Made by a program: the position numbers and the translations under genes
The notes under the pieces: model-generated
What the model was told of the DNA's origin: nothing
The model's input: the letters and a program-made list of their open reading frames with translations, nothing else
Database searches by the model: none
Shown here: one piece after another, positions 1-12,220 of the stretch
Layout of the letters: each line of letters begins with the position of its first letter
Numbering within the stretch: the first letter of the stretch is position 1
Source of the DNA: an uncultured Nitrososphaeraceae archaeon
GTDB lineage: Archaea > Thermoproteota > Nitrososphaeria > Nitrososphaerales > Nitrososphaeraceae
Direction of reading: 5' to 3'
Assembly: GCA_963825865.1 (NCBI GenBank)
Contig: CAWGVG010000062.1
Coordinates: 128,001 to 192,000 of the forward strand
DNA length: 64,000 nucleotides

Positions 1-993
1 CTACTTGCTTTGCAATGTTGCTAAAGGGGACTTGAGCTTTGCCAGCTGCCTTTTCCAAATCAGAAACAAATTCCTTTTGTACTATTACATCATTTCTTGT
101 TCCAAGTCTAGTAAGATGGCCAGCAACAATTGTGTCAAAGTCATAGTTGTTTAAGGCTATATCATGATGCTTTGATAAAACCTGCTGTATCTTTAGCTAT
201 TGCTAAATATGGAAATGGAACCCATCCTGGAAATATGATATCTACTAGCATGAGCACCTTTTGCTTTGGAGCATACATAAAGATATTTCCAGGTAGATGA
301 TTAACGCCATAGTAGTCTAACTCTAGGGACTGATTTCCAATCTGCAATGTGTAGTTCTTGGTAAAAGTCATTGTAGGTATTGGAGGGACCATGGAAGCAT
401 TTTTGGCTACACTTTTGGCTCTTTGTAACTCAGCTGCAGTTTCTTGTTGAGCTATAAAAGTAGCATTCTTTGGGAATATTCCAGCATCACCAATATGGTC
501 TAAATGAGCATGGCTATATATCACAAAAGTAACCGGCTTGGTTGTCACTTCTGCTATGGCTTTAAGATAATTCTTGCCAATGGTTGGAGGAGCATCAACT
601 GCTACAACACCTTTGTCTGTTACCATAAACATAGTCTGGTATGCTCCATCAGTTAGCCAATAAAGACCACCACGAATTTGTTGGACTAGATATCCTTTTG
701 CAGGTATTTTTGGTCCAATTGCAGCTGCAGGTAATACTGGGCCTATACTATTTGTGTTATTGTTTGAGTCTTTTGCTACATTTGCCATAAGCAACGATGT
801 GAATGCATCTATGTCAAGGACATGGCTGTTATGGCTACTACTACTAGTACCTACCAGCGCTCATCCTGGAGATATGATCATAACTAGGACTTTAGTTTGG
901 AGTTTCTTTTTGTGCTTTTCCTGCTCCTATAACAGTTCCAAATATGATAACAGACACTAATCCAATTAGCATCAGCAAAAGACTCAACTTCAT
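1..993 (-). CDS. Secreted MBL-fold metallo-hydrolase (frameshifted; runs off the window edge)
   Basis: ORF 162..794 has the SHAHLDH metal-binding motif. A signal-like N-terminus (MKLSLLLMLIGLVSVII) starts at 993. The C-terminus continues in another frame (DFDTIVAGHLTRLGT) past position 1. Confidence 0.85.
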
Positions 994-1616
994 ATAGTTA
1001 TAAAGAAATACAAATATAGGATTTAACTATTTTCTCTTTGTTTTAGCGTTTTATCAGGCATCTATATCATAAGTTCAATCTCATGGTCTATTCTAGTCCT
1101 TTGATAGACCTGTGGCCAATATTACATAACAGCCTAATTTATAACCGTCATGATTTTATAAGAACGTCTATTGTTTCCTCCATGTAAGAGGGGAAAAATG
1201 ATGTAATGACTGATATTGAACCTGATGTAGGTGAACCCCTTAACTACAAGGGATTCATGAAGAACATTCTAAATTCTCCTGTGGTTGTATGAAATACGGG
1301 GGCGAGGGATGAACTGAAATCAGCACAACAAAAATAAACCCTATGATTTTTCAAAATGTGAGAACTCCTTATCTGAGGCCAGGCAATATTATTTGTTGCT
1401 ATGGTAGTAAATCGATACTGAAGAAGATGTGTTACATTCTATCATATTGGATGGCAAAGAACTATCAAATGCTATATCAAATGGAATCCTTTGCAATTTC
1501 TGACCAGCATACTTTGAAGGCAACAATGAGTTTGAATTGTAGAACTAATATAAAGATCTATAATTTCACGTTCTTCGTAGGTCATGAAAATATGCCGTGT
1601 AAGGTGGACGGCTCGA

Positions 1617-2438
1617 TTATGATTTACAATTATGCTGATATACAAGGTCTGTTTTTGTTTTTGTAGCGTGTGAATCTACAATATTATCTCTTTGCAATGA
1701 CTGATAAAATGCACCAGCACCTAAAATAAGAGAATGTGAATATTCTTCTAACAACATTTTTTTTGCTTCGTCCTGCTCCTTTGCTCCATAGTTATATGTG
1801 AATTCTACAATCATAGGCGTATTTTCTTCAGCTGACGAATACCATAGATTAAGATATACCTTAACAGTCTTGTCCCCTGCAAATGTGATCTTTCCAATCT
1901 CGGATGAAATTTCTATTGCTTCAAAATTATTTACTTTGCTGAGCGTTTCTTCAGCATCAATTCTTAAGTCAAGTCCCGGAAAGACAGATACTAGGTCTTT
2001 GATCGTATTAAAGTGTGGTTTTTGTTCATCCTTAAGGGATGCTGAAAGAGAAAACTTACTAATGAAAGGTGTAATTATATCCTCCTCGAACTTGATTTCG
2101 ATACCTTTTGCAGAACTCGAAGATTCATATGAAGCAGAGACATATCTGTCCGGGTGTCTACATTTCAATGTGACATCATATTCATCTGATTTCTTCTCTT
2201 TTCTTATTCTAAGCAGGAAATTATTATTGCAGTAGAGTTCATATGCATCCGTATCTAAATACCATGTCCTCCTTTCTTTTTCTTCAACATCTCTCTTGAA
2301 TTTTCCACCCTGTTTTTCAATTAAACTCTCCATAATGGTTGAGACTTCCTTTATTCCTTTCTCTCTATCCTTGAATTGATTAGTATCCAACATAATCTTG
2401 AACTCACGAGAGTTCAGGGGACGATTAGAGTGAGCCAT
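1617..2438 (-). CDS. CYTH/triphosphate-tunnel-metalloenzyme (TTM)-like protein
   Basis: N-terminal REFK (ExExK-like), then WYLDT...L, LLRIRK, TLKCR and a late IVEFTY. This is the motif order of CYTH domains. Confidence 0.6.
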   Translation of the reverse strand: MAHSNRPLNSREFKIMLDTNQFKDREKGIKEVSTIMESLIEKQGGKFKRDVEEKERRTWYLDTDAYELYCNNNFLLRIRKEKKSDEYDVTLKCRHPDRYVSASYESSSSAKGIEIKFEEDIITPFISKFSLSASLKDEQKPHFNTIKDLVSVFPGLDLRIDAEETLSKVNNFEAIEISSEIGKITFAGDKTVKVYLNLWYSSAEENTPMIVEFTYNYGAKEQDEAKKMLLEEYSHSLILGAGAFYQSLQRDNIVDSHATKTKTDLVYQHNCKS

Positions 2439-2733
2439 ATCACGATGTTAACCTCGTTGTTTTCAATATACAATGCTATATAAATGGATTTTTTACGCTA
2501 TTAGATAATCTCTTATATCATATAACATTATTTTTAAAAAAACTAATCAATTAATATAGTCTGTAGCTTAATTCCATAATATAATTCCATTTCAATGTAT
2601 GATTCTGATTAGCAATTGTTTATTGTAATTTAATAGATATATTGTTCTAATACATACAGAGAAAAGTCAATCAATATACGCAATATAATACTATAATAAT
2701 CTTAAACAATCTGCTATCAAAAACCTTTTAGCT

Positions 2734-3018
2734 ATGGGTATAGTATATTCTACTAGTATGACTGGTAGTACTAATGTTGCTACAATGGATATGACTGTGA
2801 AGATAGGAATCACCCTGCCCAAATCAACTATACTAAAGATCGACCAAATGCGTGGCGATATCCCTAGGAGCAGGTATATCAGAAGGACAATTGAGAGATA
2901 TCTTGGTAGTAGCAAAGACATATTGACAACAAAGCAGCGGCAGCAACCAAAAATAGGAGGAGCTGGCATTGAGAGTAATATTATGCCATTTGTAAGTACT
3001 GGATGGACATCTGCATAA
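2734..3018 (+). CDS. Ribbon-helix-helix (CopG/Arc-like) DNA-binding protein
   Basis: VKIGITLPKSTILKIDQMRGDIPRSRYIRRTIERYL fits the RHH strand-helix-helix pattern. Confidence 0.7.
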   Translation: MGIVYSTSMTGSTNVATMDMTVKIGITLPKSTILKIDQMRGDIPRSRYIRRTIERYLGSSKDILTTKQRQQPKIGGAGIESNIMPFVSTGWTSA

Positions 3019-3493
3019 TATTTTATGTTGCCGTACTTATCAAACAAATACTTGACATTTTGCGTTTCAGGTTAAGATAACGCCGCTGTTCCTCTAAAAG
3101 TCTCACACATGTTAGTTTTTTTTATCTTGTCTATCCATAACGCTGATTGTAAATCTTACATTAACTACAGCACATTCTGGGTTGGCTAACGCACAGCAGC
3201 AGAATAATACATCAATGCAACCTCAAGGAACACGGGTTGTACACATTAAAGTTGAATATGTTATCTTAAGTCAACTAGACTCTTGCACTTGTATTTTTAG
3301 TGTTTAATGCATTTACAATCATGTGATGCCTATAATGCTGGTATGCTCCTCCAGCAAATCCAATCTCTTCATTTTTCTCTTTTTTGATTTTTTATCAGGC
3401 CTACCTGTTTTTTAAATTATTATTATTAGAATCTTGCTCGCTGTAAGATATGCATTAACTAATAATTTACTAGTTAATACAATATATTTAATA

Positions 3494-4975
3494 TCATGGC
3501 TTTTTAAATGGCGTTTTTGGGAACGTGATCTTGATTGGATGTCTAAATGCCGAATGGATCAAAACTAGTTCGCCTTTGTTTAATCTAACAATGTTCATTT
3601 TAGTACTTTCGTCTATCATATTATAAGGAGCAGTTGATAACTCAGATAAGCCAACCTTTGCAGTTATATGCATTCCTGTATTTTCATGCAAAGCGTAATC
3701 CACAGTACTCTTTGAACTGTTGTATACCTCTTGATCTACCAGTAAACAAAGTCTTCATTATTTGTTCTGCTACCGTATTCATTCTACCGGCTTGTCTAGA
3801 TTTTGGTAGGAACCTATTGATTTCATCTATGAAAATCAACAGATACTTTGGCTTTTTACTTCTTTTACTGTTGTCTGCTACCATCATCTAAATTGACGGT
3901 CTCTGCCCTTAGAGAATACATTTCATCAATGCTTTTCATAACGTCTCCTATGACAAATGCCTGTTGTTAAAGCTCAGAAAGCATCGCTATATCTATTACA
4001 AAAACATCGCCTGACCTTATCTGCTTAATTTCTTTCCCGAGATATGTACTAGTTACTTTCTTATCGATAAATAGAGACGACCTTCTGAAGCACTGAACAT
4101 ATCCTTGAAACTGTAAAAGAGAAGACTTGTGTGTAATTATTTCTCCAGGATAGCCTTTGAAGTTAAATAGATCTGTCCAGGTCTCTACTACATTTTCCTC
4201 ATTTCCTTTTCTCTCTTCAGAGATAGCATTAGCATTTTTATTTTTTTTAATAGGCCAAAACTCATAAATGTAATTTACAATCGAAGATAGATTATAATGG
4301 GGATCATATATTTCCGAAAATAAAAGTTCCAACCGGTCATATACATCTACTAATTCATAGGAGTAAGTTTTCGCATTCTCTGGAATATGTATTGAATTGG
4401 GTTTTCCATCTCTGCCTCTTGGAAGAAAATAAGTTATATTTTCGAAGGGCTCTAATTGTAGGTTGAGAATGTCAAATATCTCTTCATTTTTCTTTTTGTT
4501 CTCTTCATCTCCTCTACCATGTATGTGCAGCAAATCTGCCTCTTTTGTATTGAAAATTACTAATGCAAACTCTTCATGATATTCTTTGAGTTTTTGATAT
4601 ACGGATTGTAAGAGAAAGAGCAGGTAAGATGTTTTAGCATTTCCTGAAATTCCTGATGCATTTACGTGTGTAGTGTCTGGTCCTACTAAATATGAAATAT
4701 CTAGATAAACAGGGATCTGTAGACGATTACTCATCTCTATTATTCCTGCAGGAATCGGGTAGGCCATCTCTGGAATTCCTAAAGCAAACATTACTTCTTC
4801 TACATTAGCAAACCTTACAGATTTCCCTAATTTAACTGGCATTCCTGTCGACGTACTTTTTAGGCTTCCTTCCTTAAACTCAGAGTTGGCCATAACCGAG
4901 ACTCTTGCTATATTTACTCCGTATTGGCGAGCATATTGCATAGCACTAGTTGTTGAATTGTTTGTCGACGTTTCA
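3494..4975 (-). pseudogene. HerA/FtsK-type P-loop ATPase, 5'-truncated and split
   Basis: Walker A-like SGISGNAKT in 3967..5025, Walker B LIFIDEINRF and GRSRG in 3684..3887, and C-terminal KGELVLIH..FRHPIKI in 3494..3703. The N-terminus is replaced by transposase sequence. Confidence 0.75.
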
Positions 4976-4979
4976 TTTT

Positions 4980-5510
4980 TGATATTCTGGAGAACCGACG
5001 AATTGTTTTTGAAAATAAAAGGCAATATGAAATACCTTTACGCTCTAATGGATGACGAAACAAGATTTTGGATTGCACAGCCGGTCGCCGATACCAAATA
5101 TACGGCTAACATAAATCCATTATTTAAAAACGGAAAACATATAGCTGGAAAGCGACCCAACACTTTGATTAGTGATGGAGCACGCTAATTTCAATGATGC
5201 CTTTAACAAGGAATTTTACACCAATTCTAATCCGAAAACTAGGCATATCAGACACATTCGATTACAAGGAGACCACAACAATAACAAGATGGAACGGTTC
5301 AATGGCGAGGTCAGAGATAGGGAAAAAGTTATGAGAGGACTAAAGAAAAAAGACACTCCAATATTGACAGGTTATCAAATATTTCACAATTATGTTAGAC
5401 CACATATGGGGTTAAACGGAGAAACACCTGCTGAAAGATGTGGAATTAAGATTGGGGGGAACGATAAATGGTTGACGTTAATTCAAAATGCAGAGAAAAA
5501 TACCGAATAG
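4980..5510 (+). pseudogene. DDE transposase (IS6/IS240-like), N-terminally truncated and frameshifted
   Basis: WRTDELFLKIKG..YLYALMDDETRFWIA, LISDG and NNNKMERFN form the DDE triad. HNYVRPHMGLNGETPAE follows. Confidence 0.85.
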
Positions 5511-5582
5511 AGCTAATGTTAGAATATCATAAATTAATATTCATAGTAATTAAATATCGATTGATTTTTAGCTACATTTCCT

Positions 5583-6272
5583 ATGGATTGGAGAAAAATA
5601 GTAGCGGGTCTTTTCATCGTTTTGGCCATAGTTATACTTTTACTTGGTGTTCATTCGAATTTGTGGACATTTCATGATGTTGCACCGTATATTGTTTCAG
5701 GACTGGTAGGTGGTATTCCTACAGCAGTATTCTTTATACTCAGAACAAGTACGATTATCAGAAAAACAAACAATATCGAGGCGACGCAAGAACAGAAAAA
5801 TGTAACACCGAATTTAGAATATGATAGAATAATACTTAGAACAGGCAACAGTAAAAGCCATGGAGGAGAATATCTTTATTCTAGTTATTTTCTGGAAATT
5901 ATTAATACAATACCAAACACTCTTGCTCATGAATGTGAAACATTCATTGAACTGCAGAATACGGACATAAAACATATTAATGCATACTGGGACAAGGATA
6001 ATTCAGAGATAACCTCTATAGGTCAAAAAGAACTTGTAAAACTATTTACAATTTCAAAATTTAAAGATGAGAATAACAATATTACTACAAACTTAATTTT
6101 TTACAAGAAAACCTCCGACGGATATATATCCGATATACCAAATGAATGGGATGATAATATGAATAAAAAACTCGTAGTCCAGATACAATCCTCAGATGCA
6201 AAATATCCGTTTGGTGATGAGATTTTTAAAAAGACATTATTGGAGATTACATATGAGACAATAGACGAATAA
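5583..6272 (+). CDS. Hypothetical protein with two N-terminal TM helices (IS passenger)
   Basis: 229-aa ORF with hydrophobic segments at about residues 6-23 and 34-53. Confidence 0.6.
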   Translation: MDWRKIVAGLFIVLAIVILLLGVHSNLWTFHDVAPYIVSGLVGGIPTAVFFILRTSTIIRKTNNIEATQEQKNVTPNLEYDRIILRTGNSKSHGGEYLYSSYFLEIINTIPNTLAHECETFIELQNTDIKHINAYWDKDNSEITSIGQKELVKLFTISKFKDENNNITTNLIFYKKTSDGYISDIPNEWDDNMNKKLVVQIQSSDAKYPFGDEIFKKTLLEITYETIDE

Positions 6273-6322
6273 TAACCGACGCTTTTTTACAACTTTTTAC
6301 CCGACGGAGACTTTACAGAACC

Positions 6323-6371
6323 CGGCTGAGTCAACGGTCAGGTCCTGCGCGCCAATGGCGGCTTTGCATAA
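6323..6371 (+). pseudogene. C-terminal remnant of a short-chain dehydrogenase/reductase (SDR)
   Basis: Translates G*VNGQVLRANGGFA*, matching the SDR C-terminal WxxGQxxxxxGG motif. Locally GC-rich. Confidence 0.55.
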
Positions 6372-6944
6372 TGCCTTTCAATAGATCTACTTCAAGAAAA
6401 GCTGAACGCCCAAGGATAATAGCGCTCGACCCTTACAAACTTAAAGCTACCAACAGAAGTAAAAAAATTATGAACAAACTTGAAGTATTGCCGGTTATTG
6501 GAGCCTTCTCCCTTTTCTTGTTCTATTATCTGTTGTATACTCATGCATTACGTTAACACCGATCGACATGCCGTTGCGTTGATTTTGAAACCTGCCATTT
6601 AAAGGGAACCTGGCTCACTAATTGAAGACGAATATAAAAAGATACAAGTATCGAACGGGCTGCGTTCATTTAGCGATAAATCTAGTTAAAGACACATCAC
6701 ACACTTTAAATGGTCAAATTCAAAGAAGCAGACCGTTTCCAAATATTTTTACTATGTATCAAGTCTATACTTTTCAGGATCGAACGACATTAACAGCTTA
6801 TGAATATGTACGATATGGCAATTGGGTTGCAATTAACAAGGGTTAATATTTTCTCCTGCCAAGTACGTAGGACATATAGTTCTAACTATAACTACATGAA
6901 CTCTATTCAGAACTAAAATATTCATCTACATACAACCGGATACG

Positions 6945-8076
6945 ATGTATAAATATAGTATAAAATCCATGATGCTAGGATTAACTACAGCCATTTTGCT
7001 TACAAGTGTAATTGCAGTAAGCATGTCTGTAAAGTCCTTTGCACAAGCCCTTCCAGGACAACTTCAAAGTTCAAGTGGTCAAACAACTATCAATGGAGCA
7101 GGTTCAACGTTTGTCTTTCCATTAATGGATACTTGGCGTGTTGAATATCAGAAAGTTAAGCCAGATGTAAACATTAACTATCAGTCAATCGGAAGTGGTG
7201 GTGGAATTAAACAATTTACAGCTAAAACGGTAGATTTCGGCGCCACTGATGCTCCTCTTTCAACACAAGAGCAGCAAAATGCTCAAGGTGCAGTACCATA
7301 TCCCAGTTACAATAGGTTCAGTTGTTGTGGCTTATAATCTTCCAAGTCTTCCAAACAAAGGACTAAAACTTACAGGACCAGTCATTGCAGATATATTCCT
7401 AGGTAAAATCAAAAAATGGAATGATCCCCAAATCCAGTCTATAAATCCTGGTCAATCTTTACCTTCTAAGGATATCGTAGTTGTTCATAGAGCAGACGGT
7501 TCAGGTACAACTTTTGTTTGGAGTGATTATCTTTCCAAGATAAGCTCACAATGGAATTCAACAGTAGGAAAAGGAAAGTCAGTACAGTGGCCAACTGGGA
7601 TAGGTGCACCAGGTAACGAAGGTGTTGCAAATGCAATAAAGGGTACGGCTAATACAATAGGCTATATCGAATTATCTTATGCATTAACCACTAAAATGCC
7701 ATACGCTTTTATACAAAACAAAGCGGGTAAATTCACAGAACCATCGTTAGATTCGACAAAGTCAGCAGTCAGTGCTTCGGCACCTCAGCTTCCAAAAGGG
7801 GATGGCTCATGGGCCTCTGTGTCTATGGTAGACGCACCTGGCGATGCTTCATATCCAATTGCTAGCTTCGTCTATGTATTGCTATATAAAGAATTGAGTA
7901 CCGATCCTGGTATTGATGAGACAAAAGCACAGGCTCTTACAGGCTTCTTCTCATGGGCCATTACAGATGGACAAAAATTAGCGCCGAACCTAGCATATGT
8001 CCCTTTGCCTGACCAAGTAGTTAAACTTGACCAAGATACAATCAAATCGTTGACATTTAAGGGAAAGCCACTTTAG
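6945..8076 (+). CDS. pstS: Phosphate ABC transporter substrate-binding protein PstS (one frameshift near 7295)
   Basis: INGAGSTF, YQSIGSGGG, VDFGATD, HRADGSGTT and YPI motifs across ORFs 6945..7337 and 7249..8076. Confidence 0.95.
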
Positions 8077-8100
8077 GTCAAAGATACAGGAAAGCTGATT

Positions 8101-8116
8101 CTTTTTTTTATTTTTC
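8101..8116 (+). terminator. Putative oligo-T archaeal terminator after pstS
   Basis: CTTTTTTTTATTTTTC lies about 25 nt after the pstS stop. Confidence 0.4.
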
Positions 8117-8350
8117 ACCTGACCCTACAATTATATAGATGGTATATACCGGCGGTTTTCTTTTTATGCTGAAAAAAGATAAATAATAATTTTCTGTCTT
8201 ATACCTGTTAAAATCGTGTCCCAAACAATAGATTATCTAAATTTGTAACTACATTTATCCAAATAATAAAGTAACAAAAGATGAAAAAGGAAACTAACAA
8301 CTAAACAGAAGCTAAAGTGCTCACATATCTAGAAGGGATAATAATTATGG

Positions 8351-9010
8351 TCAGCGTCTTGGACTTGAACTTCCAGTTACAATGTAGACTACAGAGTCTG
8401 CAATATAACATGCATGATCTGAAATTCGCTCCAAATATCGGAGTATAAGAGATGAGCATATATAACACCTGAGATCTTTAACTTTTTCATTTGGGTTTTC
8501 TTCTTCTTGTGTAATGATGGCATCATGAATGTATTTTCTATAATGTGTATCCACGATATTATCCATCTCGTATAACCTTTGTGATGCATCTTTATCCCGT
8601 GATCGTAACGCTTCTAGACTTAGAAGTATCATTTCTCTGACTGTTTTTGACATTTCTAGTACAGCAGATTTATCACATTCAGATACAGAGCCTATTGTTT
8701 CAAGTATTTCTGCAATATCATAAGCATATCTGCCAAATCTGGAAAATCCATAAGCAATCTCCATGCAAGATTTGATAAATCTAAGGTCAGTAGCTACCGG
8801 TTGATAAAGGGCTATTAATTCTATCGCAAGATCTGATACTTCGTCTTGCAATATTCTGAGTCTTTCGGACCAATCAAAGATCTGTTTTTTTACATGGGTA
8901 CTTTGCTCATAAGATTCTATTGCGGCAAATACTGAATTCTCCGATAACTTTGACATATCCATAATTATATTACGAATACGATCAATGCCAAGATCTAAAA
9001 GGCGAGTCAA
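8351..9010 (-). CDS. phoU: Phosphate uptake regulator PhoU
   Basis: YQPVATDLR and LERISDHACYIA PhoU motifs; directly downstream of pstB. Confidence 0.93.
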   Translation of the reverse strand: MTRLLDLGIDRIRNIIMDMSKLSENSVFAAIESYEQSTHVKKQIFDWSERLRILQDEVSDLAIELIALYQPVATDLRFIKSCMEIAYGFSRFGRYAYDIAEILETIGSVSECDKSAVLEMSKTVREMILLSLEALRSRDKDASQRLYEMDNIVDTHYRKYIHDAIITQEEENPNEKVKDLRCYICSSLILRYLERISDHACYIADSVVYIVTGSSSPRR

Positions 9011-9061
9011 CTAAGCAACACTATAATTCCAATCTATTATTATGCAAATTAAAATGCACGC

Positions 9062-9916
9062 TTACCCGAATTTACCTGATATGTAACGCTCGGTTAGTTC
9101 TTTTTGAGGATTTTCAAATATTTGTTTCGTTGGCCCGTATTCGACTAATTCACCCAAATACATAAAAGCAGTACAGTCTGAAATTCTAGCTGCCTGCTGC
9201 ATATTATGTGTTACAGTAATTATAGTTAGTTCACTTTTCAATCTATACACAAGTTCCTCAATTTTCGAGGTTGCTAAAGGATCCAATGCTGAGGTCGGTT
9301 CATCCATGAGCAATACTTCAGGTTGCATTGCAAGTGCCCTTGCAATACACAGACGTTGTTGCTGACCTCCAGATAATCCCATTCCCGGTTTATCAAGTTC
9401 ATTTTTTACTTCATCCCATAAACCCGCACCTTCCAGACTTTCTCTAACTACATCGCTAATCAATTTCTTATCTCTTACGCCGTTAAGTTTCAACCCTGCT
9501 GCTACATTGTCGTAGATACTCATAGTAGGAAATGGATTTGGTTTTTGAAAAACCATACCAATACGTCTTTTTATAATTACAGGATCTATGCCTTTATCGT
9601 ATATATCGATATCATCAACAACAACATGGCCTTTTGCAGTAGCACCCGGAGTCATCTCATGCATACGATTTAAACAACGAATAAGTGTTGTTTTACCGCA
9701 TCCTGAAGGGCCTATAATTGCAGCTGAAGTATTTGGCTTTATGTCCAAATCTATACTCTTTAGTGCCTGTTTGGTCCCAAACCACGCGTCAAGGTTTCTG
9801 ATCGATACTTTGTATCGTTGCTCTTCTTCTTCTCCTCTAAGATCGCGATTATCGTCAAGAACCTTTTTTGAAGCCTTTTGCAAGGATATATCACGCAATT
9901 TGTTGTCTGTTGTCAA
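9062..9916 (-). CDS. pstB: Phosphate ABC transporter ATPase PstB
   Basis: [55 protein letters not shown], and a terminal YISGKFG. Confidence 0.97.
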   Translation of the reverse strand: MTTDNKLRDISLQKASKKVLDDNRDLRGEEEEQRYKVSIRNLDAWFGTKQALKSIDLDIKPNTSAAIIGPSGCGKTTLIRCLNRMHEMTPGATAKGHVVVDDIDIYDKGIDPVIIKRRIGMVFQKPNPFPTMSIYDNVAAGLKLNGVRDKKLISDVVRESLEGAGLWDEVKNELDKPGMGLSGGQQQRLCIARALAMQPEVLLMDEPTSALDPLATSKIEELVYRLKSELTIITVTHNMQQAARISDCTAFMYLGELVEYGPTKQIFENPQKELTERYISGKFG

Positions 9917-9981
9917 GCAACTTGATTTAATGGTATGAATAATTATACATTGTCTAAATAGATGGCATAGATCTATATAGG

Positions 9982-10924
9982 TTAGATGTGGGATGTTTTG
10001 ACGTTAAATCCCTTGCGTTGAGCAAGAAATTTTAGGATCGCACTTAACAATACGACAATAATCATAAGTATCAATGCTCGCTCCCCATCCTTGAGAATGA
10101 GCTGATTCATAGGGTTGTGAGGCTAATCTCCATATTCTTAGCGGTAGAGCGTCAATAGGCTTAGTAAAGCTTGTAAAGAACAAACTCGTACCAAGAATGG
10201 TCATAATTAAAGGCGCAGTTTCACCAGCGATCCTTGATATAGCCAGTACAATACCTGTAAGAACTCCACTTTTGGCACTTTTCATAACTATCGAGAACGT
10301 TACTCTAAATTTTGAGATTCCAAGCGAGTAACCAGCCTCTCGAAGTGAATTTGGCACTATTTTGATCGTTTCTTCAGTAATTCTCACTACGATCGGCATC
10401 ATGATTATCGAAAGGGAGAAAGCACCTGCCAAAACTGAAAATGAGCCTAGCGCAAGAACAATTGTTAGATATCCAACTATACCAATTACTACAGAAGGTA
10501 AGCCTGTAAGAACATCGTTGAATAATCTTACTGCAGTTGGAAGCAGCCCATTACTTGAAGCAAACTCCGATAAATATATCCCGGTAAGTACTCCTATTGG
10601 AACTGCAATTAACGATGCCAACCCAACAACAATCAATGTTCCTTGAATAGCAGGAGCAATACCACCTATTGCTGACCCTATAGCGCCTGGAGGTTGAATC
10701 AATAATTGTATGCTAATTGCCGAGCTGCCATTCTTTATTACCTCTAGTAATATACTGCCCAAAGGGATTATAGCAACTAAAACGCAAAGTATTGCAAAAC
10801 CACTTACGATTTTATCCATTAACCTGCGCTTATAGGACTGCCTTAAGATTATGTTCTGAATTTTCTGTTTCTTATTGTTATCATTACTATTGTTAGTACT
10901 GGAGTTTAATTCATTTCGATGCAT
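9982..10924 (-). CDS. pstA: Phosphate ABC transporter permease PstA (frameshift near C-terminus)
   Basis: [16 protein letters not shown] and RIAGETAPL. After a shift near 10078 the frame continues ALILMIIV...KTSHI* to 9982. Confidence 0.93.
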
Positions 10925-10928
10925 ATGT

Positions 10929-11940
10929 TTATTCTCTTCCTCCAGGACTAACCTTCACCATCCTAGAGACCAATATACGCGCGCCAATATTGATTCCCAT
11001 TGTTAAAATGAGCAGAACCGCTCCAAGACCAATTAAAGCTGAAAGTTGTAAATTTGACGATGCTTCGTTAAATTCGTTAGCAATTAAACTTGCCAATGAT
11101 TGACCTTGAGAAAATAACGAGTTAGGAATAGGAGCTATCCCTATGGTATTTCCAATGATCATTGTAACCAATATAGTTTCACCTACAGCTCTACCTAATC
11201 CCAGAATTGCAGCTCCTAATAATCCAGACTTCGCATACGGAAATATAGCTATTCTCACAGTCTCCCAGCGGGTTGCCCCTAAACTATACGCAGCTTCTCT
11301 CTGGGTATCTGGCACCGCCTTTATTACTTCGCGAGAAATTGATGACACAATCGGTATAATCATAATAGCCAAGACTATTCCAGCCGTGAAGACATCCAGG
11401 CCAAATGGAGTTGTACCAAAAAAAGGAATCGACCCTCCAAAAGCGTTGTACAAAGGCATTTCAATCAAATCTCTGACCCAGAATCTAAATACAAATAGCG
11501 CCCACAGACCGTAAATTATGCTTGGCACGGGCAGCTAGCAATTCTACAATAAAAGATAACGGTGTACTAACCCTTGCGGGTACCATTTCTGATAAAAAAA
11601 TGGCAATTCCAAGGCTTACTGGAACCCCTATTGCCATCGCTATAGCTGAGCTAACCAGAGTTCCAATAATATAGGGTAACGCACCGTAAGATTCACGACC
11701 TTCTACCGAATTCCAGTCATTACCAGTTAAAAATTTAAGAAAGCCTTCTTTTAAAAATATGTCTTTGGACCCATTTCCTACTGAAAAAGCTACAAGTCCA
11801 ACCATAAGTAAAGTATAACATGCCGCCCCGATTACTATGATGCGAAAGATTTTGTCTCCCCTTCGTTTTCCTTGACGAAGAAACGAAAAAGAGGAACTTT
11901 TCCTTCTCTGCTGCTTATCCGCTTGGCCGATGATACAAAC
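10929..11940 (-). CDS. pstC: Phosphate ABC transporter permease PstC (frameshift near 11530; start approximate)
   Basis: YGALPYIIGTLVSS, ELLAA/PSIIYGLW, REAAYSLGATRWE and LGRAVGET. Confidence 0.93.
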
Positions 11941-12220
11941 ACCTATTGTAAATAAAAGATGTGAATAAGTCGTTATATTACGCTTACATATAGTGATAAC
12001 ATAGATCACGTTAGTCTATATAGACAAACCTGGTAAAAGAACCGATTTCCACGCAACACCGCTCTTTTAACTGCTTGATAGTCAATTTACAATTTACATT
12101 TTTTTCATATTATATATATTAAATAATTAAATTATCATTTATACAAAAATCTTATCTCATAATAACTAAACTTTTTAGTAGAGTTAAAGTAATATAACAA
12201 AGACAATAATAATTTCTTCT

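Larger units (their letters stand above)
4980..6322 (+). mobile_element. IS6-family-like element: left end deleted, right TIR kept, carrying a passenger gene
   Basis: Transposase remnant followed by a cargo ORF. 6311-6322 (CTTTACAGAACC) reads GGTTCTGTAAAG on the minus strand, resembling IS6-family GGYWCTGT termini. Confidence 0.6.

Noticed and set aside
3494-5025. HerA-like ATPase as an anti-phage system (Sir2-HerA or NurA partner)
   Set aside because: The gene is truncated and no partner nuclease or sirtuin gene is present in the window.
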